Assembly: GCA_050575255.1 (NCBI GenBank)
Contig: JBNZDD010013567.1
Coordinates: 652,842 to 716,841 of the forward strand
Origin: Harriotta raleighana
Taxonomy: Eukaryota
Length of the DNA stretch: 64,000 bases
Reading direction: 5' to 3'
Shown: positions 13,019-24,472 of the stretch, in pieces
Position numbering within the stretch: position 1 is the stretch's first letter
Layout: each line of letters starts with the position of its first letter
Made by a program: the position numbers and the translations under genes
Notes under the pieces: model-generated
The model's input: only the letters and a program-made list of their open reading frames with translations
Told to the model about the DNA's origin: nothing
Databases searched by the model: none

Positions 13019-15781
13019 TTCCATGTTTCTAGCAAATTAAAATCACAGGCTTTTTGTGAAAACGTTCTGCATCATTTGTACATATGTAATTGGACTTCTT
13101 ATGTCTAAAAGCCTTGGAAGCTTTTGCCCTGGTTTGAGCGTTGGGTGGCATGAAACTTCTTGACCAAAACAATGGCTCTGTCTTTGATCAAAAGCTTTTT
13201 AGAACCACACTTTCTAGAAGCATTTGGCTCTAAGGAATCTTAATAGTTCAATGCAGCATCGCTATTTCTATTGCGTAAAGTTGGGAGAGATGGCCTGGAG
13301 TATTCTGAACACATATTTGAGATGAAGTGATCACATGTGCACAAATGATGAATTTATTTATTGAGAATCGCTGGTTTACCTTGGAGAGGTTCCGTATATA
13401 TCACATGTGCCTCGAAGCTGGAGTTTGTAGTGTTCATTATTGATTTGTTGATGTCTTCATTCATACATGGTGAGGTGTAATATTCTGTCATGTTTTGCCT
13501 ATCCCCCACTTTGCCCCAAAATAACCACTCAATGGCTAAATAGTTTTTCTACCACCCACTGCCCCACTTTTGACAGTTGTCCTAAATTGTCTCACAAAGC
13601 GTTGTTGCTAGTGACAAGCTGTGGATGTAGAAATCAGCAAAGTTGCGATCGACTGAATCTCCACATAACATTAGCCGAAGCAGTTAGTCTTCCTTTCTTA
13701 AAATGAATTATCTGGGAAAGATAGTGCTTTTTTAATATAAGCTGCAGTTATATTGCAGGGTTGAAAACAGTGAGGATTTACTGAGCCAGTGTTATCCTTT
13801 ATGCTCAGAATAAGGAGAGTTGTACACATGTATGTTTAAAGTCATATGCGGCAGGATTGAAACGACAGTGGATTTAGTCAGTTTTACCCTAGGGTAAAAA
13901 GATAGCTTTACTTCAGTTGCATTTATTCACTGGCCAGTGTGAGGAATGAGCCTGACCTAGTTTCCTGCTATGTATAAAGTGCTGGGATTACTCTCACATC
14001 TTGGACCTTTGCCCAATTACCTAGTGCAGTCTACTGGTGTGATGGGAAAATGTCTCGGCGCAGGAACCACATTTTAATTGCTCTGTGTATTGTGCCTTAT
14101 CCTTCCAAATGACTTCAAGCACTTCACAAGAGTTTGTGTAAAGTTTAGTCACTGTCATTTGTAAGCAGTGTGTACTTAGTTATGGGATTTTGCAATACAA
14201 TCAAAATTGCTGAATAATTGGTTAGAGAACATTTATAATTTTCTCCAGCAATTCTTGCAAGTGAGCAAAGGTTACATTGATCTGAAGGCCCTCCTCTCAG
14301 TGTGATCTATTCCCGAGTGCAGATTACACAAGCAGGACATTGAAATTAGATTGGATTACTTACAGAAGAGATTCCTCAAGGTGATCAATGTAACACATTC
14401 TACAACAGATGTGCATATCCAGTTACTTGCAAGAGACTCTTTTTGCAGCTTTAAAAACACTGTCAAATCACTGTCAATGTACACGATTTGTACATTATAC
14501 AGCCCCCTCCATACTACCGTGGGTAGTGCAAGTACAAGTTTTTGTTGTATATGAGCCAGGGTTTCGGTTGAAACAAGTGTGAGCCTATTAAGAATTTAAG
14601 AATTTAAAAGTGAGAGGTATTTAGTTTTAATACAACTAGATTTTACTGTTGCTAGTTATGATAGACAAAGCATACTCTGATGCAAACATAAGTAGTTTCA
14701 TTGAGTGGAGGTTTACATTTGCATCTATTGAACTCTTTTGGGTTTGGATACTCATTAAGCATGGTTAATGCATTTTCATGTGTCGAAAAATTTGGCATTC
14801 ATTCCCTCTGTTAGACTAAGAAGGGGTGATTTTAGACCCAGACATAATGTGTTAGTTTTATTACCATGTCACTAAGATGGATGGGCCAGAATAGAATGTT
14901 CAGTCATCACTGGAGTCTGAGAAGAGGTAAGGATAGTCTAAATCCCAATGTGCTCCTTCAGATAAAAGTTCAAGGGAAAAAAAAATCAGTTGGCAATGTT
15001 ATCAAGATTGAATCGATTAAAAAGCTCTCAGTGTGGTTCTCGGAATCTCTAAGCAATAAGTCAGCTGTTGTAACTGTATCTCAAATTTTCAGTGGACTCT
15101 CGAATAGCCAGCTTGACTGCAAATATGAAAGGCGAGAATGCCAATGTAATGAGTGCAGTGCAATATAAATAACTCTAGAGACGGATGTTTCTTACTGTAT
15201 TGTGTAGACTTTGCTGCAGTGCACACATCAAGGAGGGTTGGAATGTGGAATTCCATTCCACAAATCATCAACAAGGAAGAATCAGAGATTCTTTACATGG
15301 ACACTTGAAAAGAGGAGTATTAAAGGATATGTGCGACAAGCAAGACATTGAAATTAGATTGGATTACTCACGTGGAGAAAAATACCAGATGAGCCAAATG
15401 GCCTGTTTCTTTACTGTAGTATTGAATCATTCTATTATTGAGCCCATTCTGTCACTACCGTAATTATCCAGTAATAATATATTAGGATTATTAACCCACA
15501 TTGCTAACATAATAGATCTTTTTAGGAATCAGTAAGGAATTCTAGATGATTTGATGAGCCATGAAGTCCTAATAAGTTCTTTATCCTGGTTCTCCCAGCA
15601 AATCCGCCAATAGGCTCATGATTTGCCAGTTTATTAGGTGAATAATCTTATTTTAGTGCAGGAGGTAATCCTGAGGTGGGTGGGTGATGATGTGCCCTTT
15701 GCTCCTCAAAGATCTAGATGTGAGAGAGTGGATGGGAAAAGGTCATAAGCACTAAGACTGTTGTGGTGTGGTTTGACACAG

Positions 15782-15910
15782 GTATTTGTCAGGACTGTGG
15801 ATTTATCGCAACCACAAGAGAAATCCTGTACACTCATCTGGTTACTAATCACATGGCCTGCCAGCCAGGTGCAAAGGGTGACTTATACTCCTCTGTCCCT
15901 CCTTTATCAG
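15782..15910 (+). CDS. ZFPM1: ZFPM1 coding exon: C2H2 finger 4
   Basis: Acceptor gtttgacacag|GT, donor TCAG|gtaag, 129 bp. ICQDCGFIATTREILYTHLVTNHMACQPG matches FOG1 finger 4. Confidence 0.95.
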
Positions 15911-16307
15911 GTAAGAAAGAGAAGCACACTGGACACAACTTCTGCAGTCATTTTAGGATCATCTTGCACTGTGGCATGTGTCTTGTATACATACTGCATT
16001 TTCTGTGCAAACCTGTTTTTATCAAATTTTAGAATTTTTTTTTGCAAATTTTAGAAATAATTTCCTCAAAACGGTATTGCATCAAGATTCTGTATCAATC
16101 AAACACATGGCACCAGATGAAACTTGAAGCTAAGGGAAAGCTTCTGAGCTTGTAAGCATATCACCAGTTCTGTTCGTAGAGTGAATGTAACTAACAAGAA
16201 ATACTGTATAAGAGACAGATGCGTGTGTGCTTCATGTTCATTGCAAAATACGGATGAACAATTTTAGTATCAACATTTAGTTTTTTTTTAATCTCTGTTC
16301 ATCTCAG

Positions 16308-18823
16308 GTTTGAAGGTCGCAGATCCTTCCGCAAGCCTGAAGTGTTGCAAGTGCGAGTTCGTTGGTGATTCCGAATCAAGCTTGCAGCAGCACAGCTCAC
16401 TGCATCTCGTACAAGGTGCACTCCAGTGCAGTCAATGCCACAGGCATTTGAGAAGCGCAACTGAGCTAGCCAAGCACATGGAGGGTCACCAAGCTAGTGA
16501 ATCTCAGCATGGTACAGAGGAAGCAAAGGGCACAGATGAGGGGGGCACTCCAGTTTCCAGAAAAGAAGATCCCGAGGAAGCCATTCGAGCTGTGAAAATC
16601 AAAGAGGAGCCTCAGAGAGGTGTAAATTCCCAATCTGAGAGTGAGCCTGAGAAGACCGTGGAAGGTCTAGCAAATCCAACCACTGATAATTCCTCCAGCA
16701 CCTCGTCCCCGAGGAACACGCCTGTGGTCAAAGTGAAGTCCGAGCGCTCAAGCCCGATACCGGCCTCCAGTCCAGTCCATTATGGGGCAGCCTCGGTGAT
16801 GCCGGAAGGAACCGTGTTAATACCGTACATGTTCAATCACGAAACTTCCACATTTCCACAAGCTTCAGAAATCCTAGCCAAAATGTCGGAGTTGGTTCAC
16901 AGCAGACTGAAGCAAGGGGTGAATAATTACCCGCTGCTTTACGCGAGTGCCCCCATTCAAAAAGGAGCAACCTGCTACGAGTGTGACATTACATTCAATA
17001 ACGTCAACAACTACTTGGTACACAAACGTCTGTATTGTTCCAGCAGGCACCAGCAGCCAGACAACACCACTGCTACCAAACACTCAGTGCCACCCAACAA
17101 TGCTGACCAGGAGTCTCCAAGTCCTGCACCTCTCGTCGTCGAAAATCAGCAGGCTTCATCCTCCCAGACTGATCCAGAAGCGGATCTGCAAACAGCAAAC
17201 GTAGATGTTAAACCGCCGGAAATCAAAATGGAGGAGAATGTCACAAAGGACACCTCGTCTGAAGGAGACAGCCTCAGTAGAGTCAGTGAAGGTAGCCAGA
17301 GTCCAAGCAACTCCCTCGACGACTTGGAAGACGACCCTAATAGGACTGTGTGTGAGGCTTGCAATATAAGGTTCACCCGACATGAAACCTATGTGGTGCA
17401 CAAGCGCTTCTACTGTGCTTCCAGACACGACCCTCCTCTTCGAAGGCCAAACAGTGGGAAAGTGCCATTCCTCCAGCAAAACGTACGCACTCGCAAGCGT
17501 AGAAAGTTGTACGAGATCCACGGCACCGGACATCAGCCCCTGCCCCCACCTCCTGCAAACGAAGTGTCCGTCCATAGCCCTTCAGCAGCCGTGCTTCAAA
17601 GAAGTGGGCTGCCCAACAATGCAGAAGCTTTAAAAATAAAGCAAGAGTCTTTGCCGCTCTCTTCAAAGTCTACTGATGCTCTCTCTATGTTAACTCGATC
17701 TAGTGCAACTTCATCACCGGGCTCCAGTTCGGATGTAGATGGACCCATTGATCTCAGCAAAAAATCCCGCATTCAGGAAGAACCTGGAAGAGTCCACACT
17801 CCACCAATAGTTCCAGCCCCCAATATTTTGACAGACTATCATGAATGCACCTCCTGCAAAATCAGTTTCAACAATGTCGAAAACTACCTTGCCCATAAGA
17901 AGTACTATTGTCCCGCTACAGCTCTTCAGCACAGTAACGTGGAACATCTCGCCAGAGGAAAGACACAAGCCACTGCTTCAGTGAAACCCAGAAAGAGCAA
18001 CAAGACAGATGTTGGAGACCCTCCTATGCAATCCGAGGAGTTGAACAAAAAAAATGTAAATGCCAAATGTGTTCCAGAAAGTCCACACTTGGCCCATCCG
18101 TATATTACTCCAAATAATTCTCCAGGAATATATCACTACAGTGCAGACGTTTTGCAAGATAGACCTCAGTTGTCCCCTCACATTAAGCCCTTCCCAGCAC
18201 CCCAACGTACTCCAGTAGTTTGCCCTTACTGTCCACTTAATGGACCTATTGAAGGAGACCTTATTGAACATTTTAAACTTGTTCATGGCTTGCTGTTGAC
18301 CAAACAGACTGCAATTGGGCATCCGGCCGAGAGCAATACGATGGACACTCCATCACAAGGCAAACACCAGACAAACAATATTTCTGAAAGCAGCCCTCAC
18401 AATTCTAGAATTCCTGCCTCGTCTCTTCAGCCAGGCACTCAGATTCAGAAGAACATCTTGAATGCCAAAGATCAAAGAGAATCTGTCTCATCCCAGTCAT
18501 CGAGTGAAAACCCGTTGCAGAACATCTCTCTTAAACCTATACTGACTGCCTCCCCTAAAGTTATGAAAATCTCCCCTGGGACTGATGTTTCCACAGATCC
18601 AGGCTCCAAATCACCCATCCCACCCGTTAATATGGACAAATTGCCCATCTCACCTGTTAATGTAGACAAATCTGTTCAGACAGCAATGTCTCTCCCAAGC
18701 CCTGTGCAGAATGGAAACCACAGATTCTGTCGCTTGTGCAACATCAAATTCAGCAGTTTGTCTACATTTATAGCTCACAAGAAGTATTACTGTTCCTCTC
18801 ACACTTCTGAACATGTTAAATGA
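16308..18823 (+). CDS. ZFPM1: ZFPM1 terminal coding exon: two extra C2H2 fingers, four CCHC fingers, one C2H2 finger, NLS and CtBP-binding PIDLS
   Basis: Acceptor ctctgttcatctcag|GT leads into the 837-aa ORF. It has TCYECDITFNNVNNYLVHKRLYC, VCEACNIRFTRHETYVVHKRFYC, RTRKRRK, PIDLS (17744-17758), ECTSCKISFNNVENYLAHKKYYC, CPYCPLNGPIEGDLIEHFKLVH and FCRLCNIKFSSLSTFIAHKKYYC, then SEHVK-stop. The six exons total 3318 bp, an intact frame. Confidence 0.98.
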
Positions 18824-21264
18824 GTTTTTTCACCTTGACACTGTATTCTCAATGTGTGATCAGAAGTTTGGCACAAACTACCTAACACCTCAACATCATT
18901 TGGACATCTTGCTGTCAACTTAGAAACAATCATGAAAACACAATATTGGTTTCTGATGGTCAAATTTCCAACTTACTAAATTGTTTGAAATGCCCCTCGA
19001 TGGAGAAACTTTCAAATCTCATTCCTTCTGAAACCAGAGCTTTTAAAACAGATTCACCTCCAATTTCATATGCAGTGCATTATAGGAATGTACTTTCTCA
19101 TTTGCAGAAAATAGACAGTATATGTCAGCAGATTCCTTCAGTAAGTTTATTGCAAAACTCAATTTGTAATTATTTTGAAAATACTGCTACCGACAGTTTC
19201 ACCGATTGCTGAGCCTGATTTAGATTTGTTTTAAGTTGATGTGGTCTCCGTAAATGAACTTAGTGCAGATACTTTTGTTAAATCAATCAGAATTTCATGT
19301 GTCCTTTTATATTTTTTCCATTACTCAATAAACCATCAATCAGGCCACATCCTCTTTTTCCCGGGTTATAATCAGCAGAGTATCACTGCCATTAAAAAAT
19401 AACTAAACTAATCAGGAATTTCAAAACTTGTTTTGGCACCCTGGAAAAGTTTTAATTATATGACAGACTGCTGTGATTGACAGACATGGGTGATGTTGAG
19501 CCTAATCATTCAATATTTGTATATAGTTGTAGTCATAGATGCTAGAAACCACTCCAAAGTAAATATTGAAACAGTAACTTCCCCCCCCCCCACCCCCACA
19601 AAAATACTAATGGTTGAGTACTACTGAAATGCTGAAAGGTGGCCCAATGAGGCAGAGTAGTTTTTAAATTAACTTCTGCAAGGTTGTCTACTCATATTCC
19701 TAGAAACTGTTTAGTTCTTCACACTGTCTTATTTCTCAGTGCTTTCAAACTACCTGTAGGAAAATCCATTTTTTTAAATTTATTTGTGTATTTATTAGTA
19801 GGTCTTTGGTCTAAGGCCAGTGCTAAAGCTAAATAGCTAAATGTACTTCCAGCATGTCAGTGTTTTTGATTATTGTAGCTTTGCTAAACTAAAACTAGAT
19901 CTAAAATTGACAAATTAAAGGATTTTAAGGAAATATAATTTGGTTTGAGCAGTTGAATCTTACTTCACAAGTTCTGTAGGTCCCAATGTGTCTTGAGTTT
20001 GATGGCTTTTCTTTGGTATTGAGATATTTTTGTAGGGAAAGCTCATTTCTGTAATGCACTTGACGAAACCATTAAACATGCCAGACACATGCTCTAATCT
20101 GTGCTTAAAATGTAAATGATTCCTAACCTTCATCAATCTGGCAATTTCCATGTTTTTTTTAAAAAGTCTTGCATGGTCAGGATTTTTAAAATCTTGGTGG
20201 GAGAAAAAATGATGGAGAGTGAAGAAGTGATTGTACATGGTTTGTTGAGAGATGATAAGATGAATCACCTCTGTCCTTCCCTCTTCTTTTCTCACCTCCT
20301 TCCCTTTCCTACGTAGCTCGTCCAACCAAGAACTAATCAACTCATTGCATGCGTATTGCTGGGAAATGAAAGACTGTGGTAATGAGAACACACTGTCACA
20401 AATCAAGCCTCTTAAATACAATACTGCCAGGCAGATTTATCTTTTCTCGTGTGGGTCAAAACCCTGTTACTGACCAAATATTACGTTTGTGGATTGTTAC
20501 CTACAATGCCTTTGTCGCCATTTTACAAGTATGTTGTGGTATATTTTTAACATCACTCAACCTTCTTTCTTCCAGAAGATATGTGCTACATCACTAAGTT
20601 CAATAAAAAAAACACACGTTATTGTATCTACACAGTTTGTAGACTGCAAATATTTTCTAAAGATTTCTGAAAAGAGTTACATTTTAATGAAGTTTAGTAC
20701 CCATGTGGGTCTACATCTGTATAGATTAAACATAATGTATTAGTCTCTGAAACTCCTTGTTGTTTGCATGATTGTTCCTATAGTGGAAAACCTCTGCTTT
20801 CGTTGCACGTGTGTCTTTCCTACAACTTTATGACATATAAGATTTTTTTTTACTTTTTCAAAAGGTGCTGTTAATTTATTTATATAGTAGAGCAGTGTTT
20901 ACTATGATGATCCGTGGAATAAACAATGACGTAAGTAACTCCCTACAAAGCAGTGCAAAACGGATGTTCATTTTTCGTTCAAAAAACAAAACAATTTTTA
21001 CACTCTTTTTGCACTGCATTGTATAGATTCTGCAAAATGAAGTAGAGGCTATTTCAGCGTATTTATGTTTTGAATTCAGTACTTTTATACATCTGACTTT
21101 GGCTACTGTAGTGACCAATAACTTTCAACTCTTTCAGTTGAAGGCTGCCTTCAGTGATTAATCATGTCTGAGACTGATCATGCTGTTGAAGTGAATGTCA
21201 TTCTTAATTTCCGAATTGGGAATTGACCCACTACACAATAGTTTGAGCTATGCATGCTAATAAA
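18824..21264 (+). other. ZFPM1: Probable ZFPM1 3' UTR with candidate polyadenylation signals
   Basis: U-rich, repeat-free sequence after the stop codon. AATAAA occurs at 19327, 20602, 20918 and 21259. The true 3' end cannot be fixed from sequence alone. Confidence 0.5.
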
Positions 21265-21525
21265 TTGTCCTATTGGACATCTGAAGCACTACCGTGGCTC
21301 CTTTGTCTGTGTAAAGCCTTTTGTTTGTAGTGTGTGATTGCATGTCTGGAACTGAATACCTTTAATACTTGTCTGTTTACTTGCAGTTCAATGTTGTTGC
21401 ATTCACACATTGTACCCAGTAGATGGCACAATAAGATCTTATCCACAAAACACACACACATTCCATCTTATTGCAGGTCAGTCAAAGTTTGCATTGGCTA
21501 TTTTGCTCAGTGTAAATCCAAGAAG

Positions 21526-21829
21526 ATAATAATCTTTGCATTTGATACAGCACTCTTCAGATCTTCTAGTCGTCTCAAAGCGCTCCATGGAATATACTGC
21601 AAAGTGAATCGACTGTATACATGTGGGCGAAACACGGCAGCCAATTGCACAAAGCCGTGACCCACAAAAGATTGTGGATATAATATAACCATATTATAAT
21701 TTGGGGGACTGGGGGGATTATTATCAAAGAGTGTGGAGTAAGGAAATTTACTCAGGTTTCACCCTACCTGGAATTGAACCCAGATTTCTTGCTTGCGAGG
21801 CAAGTGCTCCAACTACTGAGCTACAGGAC
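21526..21829 (-). mobile_element. tRNA-derived SINE, full length
   Basis: ataataatctttgcatttgata ... ggaattgaaccc ... actgagctacaggac. Confidence 0.9.
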
Positions 21830-22369
21830 ATGATAAGATGGGACATGACTAGAAATATTTTCTTAAATATTCAACAATTTTTATTTGGATGCTAGTTGAC
21901 TTTACAAAAAAGTTAGATGTATAAAAGTGCTGAATTCAAAACATAAATACCCTGAAATAGTCTCTACTTCATTTTAATGAGCAAGGGACATCCAGCCTAT
22001 AAATCTGCCTGCTCCACAGACTATACATAGCCCAATCTTTTGAAGATAGGATGCCCCAAATTACTGACTATATTCAAAATATGATTATAAAGATTAAAAA
22101 TGAGCCTCTGACTTTTTATCGAATTATCTCACTTTTGGTAACAGTAGCTTCAGGTTGGCCACAAACATTAGGGTGAATGATTGACAATTGCATCTAAATC
22201 CCTTCATTGTCGGTGTTAATGGACTTCCTTTCATTTTATACCTGTTAATTGTTACTTGTTCCAACCTGTGTTCATTGAAAGATCATTATATTCCAATCTT
22301 TAAAGAACAAGCTATTTACGTAGCTCTCAAATTATAGGTCTGCTCTATAAAATCATAGTCTTTGCAATT

Positions 22370-22685
22370 GATATAGTGCTTTTCGTGTCGGTAGGTTGTC
22401 ACAAAGTAGATTTACTGAAAGTGTTGTGACTATTTGGAGATAAAAGCAGCCACTGTGTGCAAAGCATCATCGCCACAAACAGCCATGAAATAAATGTCCA
22501 ATTTTATCTGGAAGATTGTTGGTCAGGATACAGGGAGAAAATTCACTTCTCTTTTTAAATAGTGGTTTAGGATTTTTTAAATTTCCATCTGAGTTTATAA
22601 AAAGCAGAAAAAACTTTGGTTTATCATCTCATCCAATGGGCAGCACCTCTGACAAACAGCCCTGCCCCAAGCACAGCACTGGAGT
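22370..22685 (-). mobile_element. Older DeuSINE-type element
   Basis: ccacaaacagcc ... ggtttatcatctcatccaatgggcagcacctctgaca ... gcacagcactggagt resembles the reverse complement of the Deu domain. Confidence 0.6.
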
Positions 22686-23640
22686 TCATCCTGGACTGTT
22701 GAGTTCCTGTAAATCTTCTAATTAGTAAAGAAATAATAGAATATGAAACGGCCGGCGTCTCTGAAGCCTTCGATCTCCTGATAAATGGGCTGTTATGTCA
22801 ACAATGACTGATCTGCTTAATTCAATTTTAAAAATCAGGAACAAGTTAAACTCATCATCTTTACGTAACTGACAATAGGCTGATACTGAAGTAAAACCAA
22901 TTCTTAATTGGGAAGGAGGCAGGATATGTAGGGAGTTCAGTGAAGGCATTTTCTGATGAAGTTATTAGAATCACCAATTTTTAAATTGTGTTTCTTGAAG
23001 ATTTCAGTCACTCTAATATCCTGTATGACCTGTATAATATCCAGTAAAAATTGTTTAATTTGCACCCTGTGACACTTATGTGTTACATGGCATCTCTGTC
23101 TATGTGACCTGTAAAACTGTTACAGCAGGGTGATCTCAACTAATCCTTATATTTATCAGCCTTTGTGGTGAGTACATCAGTTTCACCTGATCAGATCTGC
23201 TTATCCTCTGCTGGTCAGTAAATACTGATGGTCAGGAATCACGTTGACATCTCGGCTTCTCTGTAAGTGTCTTTCTTGACTTTTCACTCACTGCCAGCTC
23301 TGTAACAGCTTCCCTGCAAGCATTTGGTTTTTATTTTCTTTCACCTGGGTTCAAAATCTAATCTGTTAGTGAAAGCGCTGCAAGGATTATTATTATTTAT
23401 TTACTGCATTCTGACATAGAATGTTCATAATGAAAAGCAATGCAAGATGTTTTTGAATAAGCAGTAGTTCATAAATGAAGAGATCTTTACTTTGTATAGC
23501 AATTATCTTAATGTATGCTACAGTTGAGTTGCCCGGCTGGAGCTTGAAAACATCTACATGTTGGGTAATGTAACACATTGGGGGATGTCCTGTTGAGATC
23601 AAAACTCGCATTTTAAAGCCAGATTGAATGCAGGATTGTC

Positions 23641-23888
23641 TTCGAGATGTCTCAAAGCGCTTCACAGAATATACTTACTGTAAAATGTTTGTGGGCGAAA
23701 CGTAGCAGATAATTGCGCAAAGCAGTGTCCCACAAATAGTCGTGGATTGAAATGACCAATTTTTTTTGAGGAATTATTATCAGGCATGTGGAGTAGGGAA
23801 ACTTACCCAAGGTTTTGCCCTGCCTGGAATCGGATCCAGGTGTCTCGCTAGCAAGGTGAGTGCTCTAATCACTGAGCTACAGGACTCC
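23641..23888 (-). mobile_element. tRNA-derived SINE copy
   Basis: gtctcaaagcgcttcacagaatatac ... cactgagctacaggactcc. Confidence 0.85.
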
Positions 23889-24194
23889 ATGATACTCTGT
23901 GCATTTAATACAGCATCTTTCACATCGGGACACCCCTCAATGTACCCCACAGAATCTACTGTAAAGTGTAATGAATGTGTTTTGGAGATTAATCAAGCAA
24001 AGGGTGAATAAATGCAAACCAAGGTTTTCTTGCAATTTTCTAAACAACAAAAACTGTATCTCCTGTAGAAGTAATATCCCTTAAAGCACCCACAGTTATT
24101 AAATTTATTCACGTCTGAAGCACTTTAAGGGTTAGATTAACCGTTGAAAAATACGGTCAGCAAACATTAAGAATCCACAATATATGAAGAAACA

Positions 24195-24472
24195 ATAACA
24201 AAATTACATTTATACAACAACAACTTCAATTTATAAAGCACCCTCCATTCCAGACGGAGTCTCAGCATGCTTCACAGCGCTTTATAGAGCACCTTTCGCA
24301 TCAGGAAAGGCACTGAACAGTCAGGGATCAGAACATAAGCATGGAGGAGTGGGGGCCAAGGCTGGGATGAGGGATGGCCAAGAGGTAGGAAGACGGCTGA
24401 AGACATGGTTGAAAAGGAGGGTCCAGTGCCTTGGGACATCCTCCCGCTTTATAAATGTAATTTTGTTGTTGT
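24195..24472. mobile_element. Cluster of fragmented L2 3' ends in both orientations
   Basis: Minus-strand tails (acaacaacttcaatttataaagcacc; tttatagagcacctttc), a purine-rich L2 reverse segment, then a plus-strand tail cagtgccttgggacatcctccc...aaatgtaattttgttgttg. Confidence 0.6.

Noticed and set aside
16874-18669. Several minus-strand and alternative-frame ORFs overlapping the ZFPM1 terminal exon
   Set aside because: Shadow ORFs of a long coding exon, with no recognisable domains.
745-18823. Calling the gene ZFPM2/FOG2
   Set aside because: FOG1-specific fingers (CLSAFTTKANCERH, CGFIATTREILYTH, CPYCPLNGP) and the TRHR2 neighbour support ZFPM1, despite the FOG2-like extra fingers.
19960-20421. 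153-aa minus-strand ORF in the ZFPM1 3' UTR
   Set aside because: Non-ATG start, no recognisable motif and no splice support; a chance ORF.
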